Source of the DNA: an uncultured Chloroflexia bacterium
GTDB taxonomy: Bacteria > Chloroflexota > Limnocylindria > Limnocylindrales > CSP1-4
Assembly: GCA_963813335.1 (NCBI GenBank)
Contig: CAWEYL010000001.1
Coordinates: forward strand, 280,797-344,796
DNA: 64,000 bases
Direction: 5' to 3'
The notes beneath the pieces are model-generated. The model worked only from the letters and a program-made list of their open reading frames with translations, was not told the origin of the DNA and searched no databases. The stretch's first letter is position 1; each line of letters opens with the position of its first letter. The position numbers were made by a program, and so were the translations under genes. Shown piece after piece: positions 61,464 through 64,000 of the stretch.

Positions 61464-62025
61464 GTGCCCGCGCTCGCCGTTCCGCCCGGCACCACGGAGC
61501 TGGGCATCGACATCATCAAGGTCGAGCGCATCCGCGAGACCCTCGGCGAAGTTCGGGTCGCGTTTCTCGAACCGGGTCCTGACCCCCGCCGAGCAGCGCT
61601 ACGTCCGCGACCGTCCGGAGACGCTGGCCGGCCGCTGGGCCGCCAAGGAGGCCGTGTCCAAGGTCCTCGGCCTCGGCGTCCGCGGCATCGGCTGGCGCGA
61701 CATCGAGGTGGAGCGCCTGCCGACGGGGCAGCCGTCGATCCACCTCCACGGCCGTGCCGCAGCGCGCGCCGAGCAGCTCGGGATGGGCCGGATCGCGGTC
61801 TCGATCAGCCACGAGTCGGACTACGCCGTCGCGATCGCTTACGGCGTCCGCACGACGGGCGGCCGGTTCATCTTCCCGCCCGACATCGAGGAGCGGCTGG
61901 ATGACCGCGAGCGCCGGATCCTGGCCCGGATCGAGCGGCTGCGCGACCTCGCCGAGGCCGGTGGCGCGGCGGCCCTCGCGAGCGACGCGCCCCCCGCGGC
62001 GGTCGGCGAGGCCGTCGATGACTGA
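61464..62025 (+). pseudogene. acpS: Holo-ACP synthase (AcpS), reading frame broken once near 61546-61552
   Basis: Frame 0 reads LGIDIIKVERIRETLGE. The next frame reads KFGSRFSNRVLTPAEQRY...LAGRWAAKEAVSKVLG...DIEV...SISHESDYAVA. The start is uncertain (GTG 61464 or 61359). Confidence 0.8.
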
Positions 62026-63055
62026 GCGGCCGGTCGGCTTCGGCGCCCGCGCGAAGCAGGAGACCGCCCCCGCGACCCAGGCGACGGCCGCCCTGCCGGA
62101 CGGCGCGGTCCGGCTCGACGACGACATCGCCGGAGCGCTGCTCCCGGCGCGCCCGGCACGTGGCCACAAGGGCTCGTTCGGCAAGCTGCTGGTCATCGCC
62201 GGATCGCTCGACTATGCGGGGGCGGCGTTGCTCGTCTGCCGCGCGGCCGGGCGGGCGGGAGCGGGGCTCGTCACCCTCGCGGTGCCCGAATCGCTGCAGC
62301 CGCTCTTCGCCGCCAAGGTCGTCGAGGCGACGACGATGGCGCTTCCCGAGGACGACGTCGAGGAGATCGACCCGGAGCCGGCGATCGCCCGCATCCTCGA
62401 CCACGAGCATGACGCGATCGTCGTCGGGCCGGGGCTGCGCCCGGGACTCGCGACGGCCGAGCTCGTTCGCGAGCTGATCGACGCGAGCGGGCCGGACCAG
62501 GCACCGATCGTGCTCGACGCCGAGGCGCTCCGCTCGCTCGCGACGATGGACGGCTGGTGGGAGGGCGGCCGGCGTCCGGCCGTGCTGACCCCGCACGCCG
62601 GGGAGTTCGCGCGGCTGCGCGCCGGCGCCGGGCGCGATCCCGCCGACGACGGCGACCTGGCCGACGACGACGCCGCCCGGGTGACGGCCGCTCGCGACGC
62701 CGCGCAGACATGGGGGCAGGTCGTGGTGCTGAAGGGCGCCGCGCACCGTGATCGCCTCGCCCGACGGCGATGTCGCGATCGCCCCGTTCGAGAACCCGGC
62801 GCTCGCCTCGGGCGGGACCGGCGACGTGCTGGCCGGGACGATCGGCTCGCTGCTGGCCCAGGGCCTCGAGCCGTACTCGGCCGCCCGGCTCGGGGTCTAC
62901 CTGCACGGGCTCGCCGGCGACCAGGTCCGCGAACGGTTCGGCGACTCGGGCCTGCTCGCGTCGGACCTGCCCGACGGCATCGCCCTGGCGCGCAAGCGCC
63001 TCGCCGTCGCCGAGGAGCGCCGGGTCGCCAAGGGCCGGCTCGGGTTCGCGCCGAC

Positions 63056-63059
<4 letters not shown>
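62018..63059 (+). pseudogene. nnrD: ADP-dependent NAD(P)H-hydrate dehydratase (NnrD/YjeF_C), reading frame broken once near 62735-62748
   Basis: Frame 2 from ATG 62018 reads ...GHKGSFGKLLVIAGSLDYAGAALL...VVVLKGAAH. Frame 0 from 62748 reads VIASPDGDVAIAP...ASGGTGDVLAG. The span is 1042 nt (1 mod 3). Confidence 0.8.

Positions 63060-64000
<941 letters not shown>

Overview
GC-rich window (third codon positions are almost all G/C). It is a core information-processing region of a bacterial chromosome, and everything except one broken gene lies on the plus strand. Order of content: 3' tip of a 16S rRNA gene, ITS with tRNA-Ile and tRNA-Ala, 23S, 5S; a LysM membrane protein; a frameshifted fpg/nei (the only minus-strand gene); rpsA; clpC-radA-PIN/TRAM (yacL-like)-ispDF-cysS-rlmB; tRNA-Thr/Tyr/Thr; tuf copy 1; rpmG; tRNA-Trp; secE-nusG-rplKAJL-rpoBC; rpsL-rpsG-fusA-tuf copy 2; the S10/spc/alpha ribosomal clusters (rpsJ to rplQ, with secY, adk, map, infA, rpmJ, rpoA); truA-rplM-rpsI; argF; a TPR protein; cdaA-cdaR-glmM-glmS; acpS; nnrD; and the 5' part of alr, which runs off the window. 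Gene order closely follows the Bacillus subtilis layout, but the taxon cannot be assigned from sequence alone. I found no mobile element, CRISPR array, defence or toxin island, or other accessory cassette, and I do not think a novel multi-gene system is hidden here. Observations worth a second look: (1) an ~82-nt intergenic repeat present three times, each just after a ribosomal-protein operon; (2) four housekeeping ORFs broken by single-base frame changes (fpg, the rpsA N-terminal extension, acpS, nnrD), which raises an assembly-error versus biology question; (3) two near-identical tuf copies whose identity runs into the first codons of two different downstream genes; (4) long low-complexity extensions on RlmB, S1, L15, S17 and RpoC, plus a ~190-aa coiled-coil insertion in RpoC; (5) a perfect 9-2-9 palindrome in the clpC leader; (6) a recurring TGnTAnnnT extended -10 motif, with two possibly leaderless genes. 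The many long antisense and off-frame ORFs in the track are high-GC shadow ORFs.
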